Shown in pieces: positions 39,970 to 41,220 of a stretch of 41,220 nucleotides of DNA. The notes under the pieces are model-generated. The model worked only from the letters and a program-made list of their open reading frames with translations, made no database searches and was not told the origin of the DNA. Within the stretch, counting starts at the first letter, position 1. Each line of letters opens with the position of its first letter. The stretch is from positions 1 through 41,220 of the forward strand of contig DXJF01000091.1 in assembly GCA_019057375.1 (NCBI GenBank), written 5' to 3'. The position numbers and the translations under genes were made by a program. Source of the DNA: Candidatus Heimdallarchaeota archaeon. Lineage in GTDB: Archaea; Asgardarchaeota; Heimdallarchaeia; Heimdallarchaeales; Heimdallarchaeaceae.

Positions 39970-40908
39970 TCAATCGAATACGTTACTCATAAATTTGCTG
40001 TTTCCCATTTCATATAATTTATCGGCTATATCTACCATTTGTTGGTGGTGAGTTGATTTTTCGGGATTTGGGAAGCGGATATGAAAGTAAAGAAATCGCC
40101 AAATAGATGTTGTTACCGCAGCGTAAATACAAAATAGATTTAAAAATTTTTTTTCAATTGGTGTTAACGATTTCACTTTTTGGTATCCTTTTATTAGAGC
40201 CTTCAGGTAGCTCATATCAACTTTATTATCAATAGTTAGCAATCCTGTTATGGCCATACCCAAATCGAAAATCAAGGGAGAATTTGAAACCTCCTCAAAA
40301 TCAATAATTGCTACCAGATTTCCATTTTTTTGAATAATATTATCTGGAAATATGTCACCATGAACCAATCCTGTTGGTAGTTGGTCTGGAATTAGTGCCT
40401 CTATATATTCTAATTTGTTTTTAAGCCACTCAATATATAGATGATCAATATCTGAGGAGATTACTTCATCAAAATAAGATAAACCGTAGGGAAAAGCTGT
40501 TGGTATATTATCTGGACAAGGAATATCATGTAACTGGGCTATGCGGGTACCTAAATGTTCAATAAATTGTATTGTGGGTCTCTTTACAATCTCACCTTCA
40601 AGAAATTTCTTTAAATAGACAGGTTTACCATTATGTTCTAGTACATATTCGTGATCTTTTGACGAAATCACTTGATTAGTTTGAAAATGGTGTTTGTGAA
40701 GGTAGATCAACAAATTCGTTAAGGTTAAGGTTTGTTGCCTAGTTTTTTCCTCACAGATGGTTAGGATATATTTCTGAGTTTTGTTTTGGATAAAATAATT
40801 TGTACTATATCCCCCCGTCATTGGATAAAATTTGATAATTTTACCGAGTGAATATACATTTGCAAATTTAGTAATTTCTTTTGAGGTGAGAATTGTATAA
40901 TGAGCCAT
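39970..40908 (-). CDS. Type II homoserine kinase-like / APH-family phosphotransferase
   Basis: MAHYT..L N-terminus, GG..TNY, HGDIFPDN Brenner motif, IIDFEE. Confidence 0.8.
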   Translation of the reverse strand: MAHYTILTSKEITKFANVYSLGKIIKFYPMTGGYSTNYFIQNKTQKYILTICEEKTRQQTLTLTNLLIYLHKHHFQTNQVISSKDHEYVLEHNGKPVYLKKFLEGEIVKRPTIQFIEHLGTRIAQLHDIPCPDNIPTAFPYGLSYFDEVISSDIDHLYIEWLKNKLEYIEALIPDQLPTGLVHGDIFPDNIIQKNGNLVAIIDFEEVSNSPLIFDLGMAITGLLTIDNKVDMSYLKALIKGYQKVKSLTPIEKKFLNLFCIYAAVTTSIWRFLYFHIRFPNPEKSTHHQQMVDIADKLYEMGNSKFMSNVFD

Positions 40909-41023
40909 CTGAAATGAACACTTTTAATTTGTTTTATATCTTTATAAGATAGTCGATTTCAAGGATGTCGACCTGCTGTAGATATGAAAGGACCCATGCA
41001 GTATTTCAGATGTACAAAACGAC

Positions 41024-41134
41024 TGTTTCACTGAATTACAAACAAAGTATCCGTTAAAATAACCGGTAACATATTAATCGTTTCACTGAATATTTTGTAT
41101 TGTTACCGGTGAAATAACAGGTGTTCATTAGATG
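41024..41134. repeat. Direct-repeat copy 2: two 55-bp units, with a possible degenerate third unit to about 41166
   Basis: GTTTCACTGAA at 41025 and 41080, with the same spacing and second motif as copy 1. ccgttgagat recurs at 41157. Confidence 0.9.
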
Positions 41135-41220
41135 CTCACATTGCCATAAATTACTTCCGTTGAGATGTTCCTTAAGAAAATATAAAATTAGGTGTATCTT
41201 CCAACTAAAAATCCAACAAC

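Noticed and set aside
39842-41110. Replication origin (TTCAGTGAAAC resembles the ORB core TTCCAGTGGAAAC)
   Set aside because: Two bases shorter than ORB, no G-string, no orc1/cdc6 in the window, and the copies flank a metabolic gene. Not excluded outright, but unsupported.
39842-41134. CRISPR array (36-nt stretch GTTTCA...TGAAAT resembles repeat termini)
   Set aside because: Only two units per locus. The would-be spacers are 19 nt and duplicated between loci, the middle of the would-be repeat varies, and no cas genes are present.

Overview
AT-rich archaeal chromosomal window. Evidence: TATA/BRE-type promoters, GGTGA/GGAG ribosome-binding motifs, oligo-T terminators and a geranylgeranyl reductase. 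The C-terminally anchored surface proteins and kynureninase suggest an Asgard, possibly Heimdallarchaeia-like, host; that assignment is inference. About 35 intact CDS are present; no rRNA, tRNA or CRISPR array was found. The core is a DNA-repair neighbourhood: a nurA-herA-mre11-rad50 operon followed by an unknown helical protein and a HAD phosphatase (10977-19922), and a double-length UvrA with four ABC modules (24689-30448). The rest is flavin/redox enzymes, transporters, tandem surface metallopeptidases and membrane regulators. Two non-coding signals stand out. (1) Bases 1-144 form a structured end of a probable mobile element. Two of its largely unpaired 8-mers match the two halves of the adjacent 14-bp junction (131-144), which is the logic of IS110 bridge-RNA guides. 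It abuts a decapitated metallo-beta-lactamase-fold gene. (2) Two ~110-bp direct repeats, each built from two 55-bp palindrome-rich units, bracket a lone type II homoserine-kinase-like gene like a cassette (39841-41134). All family calls come from motif recognition only; no database searches were run.
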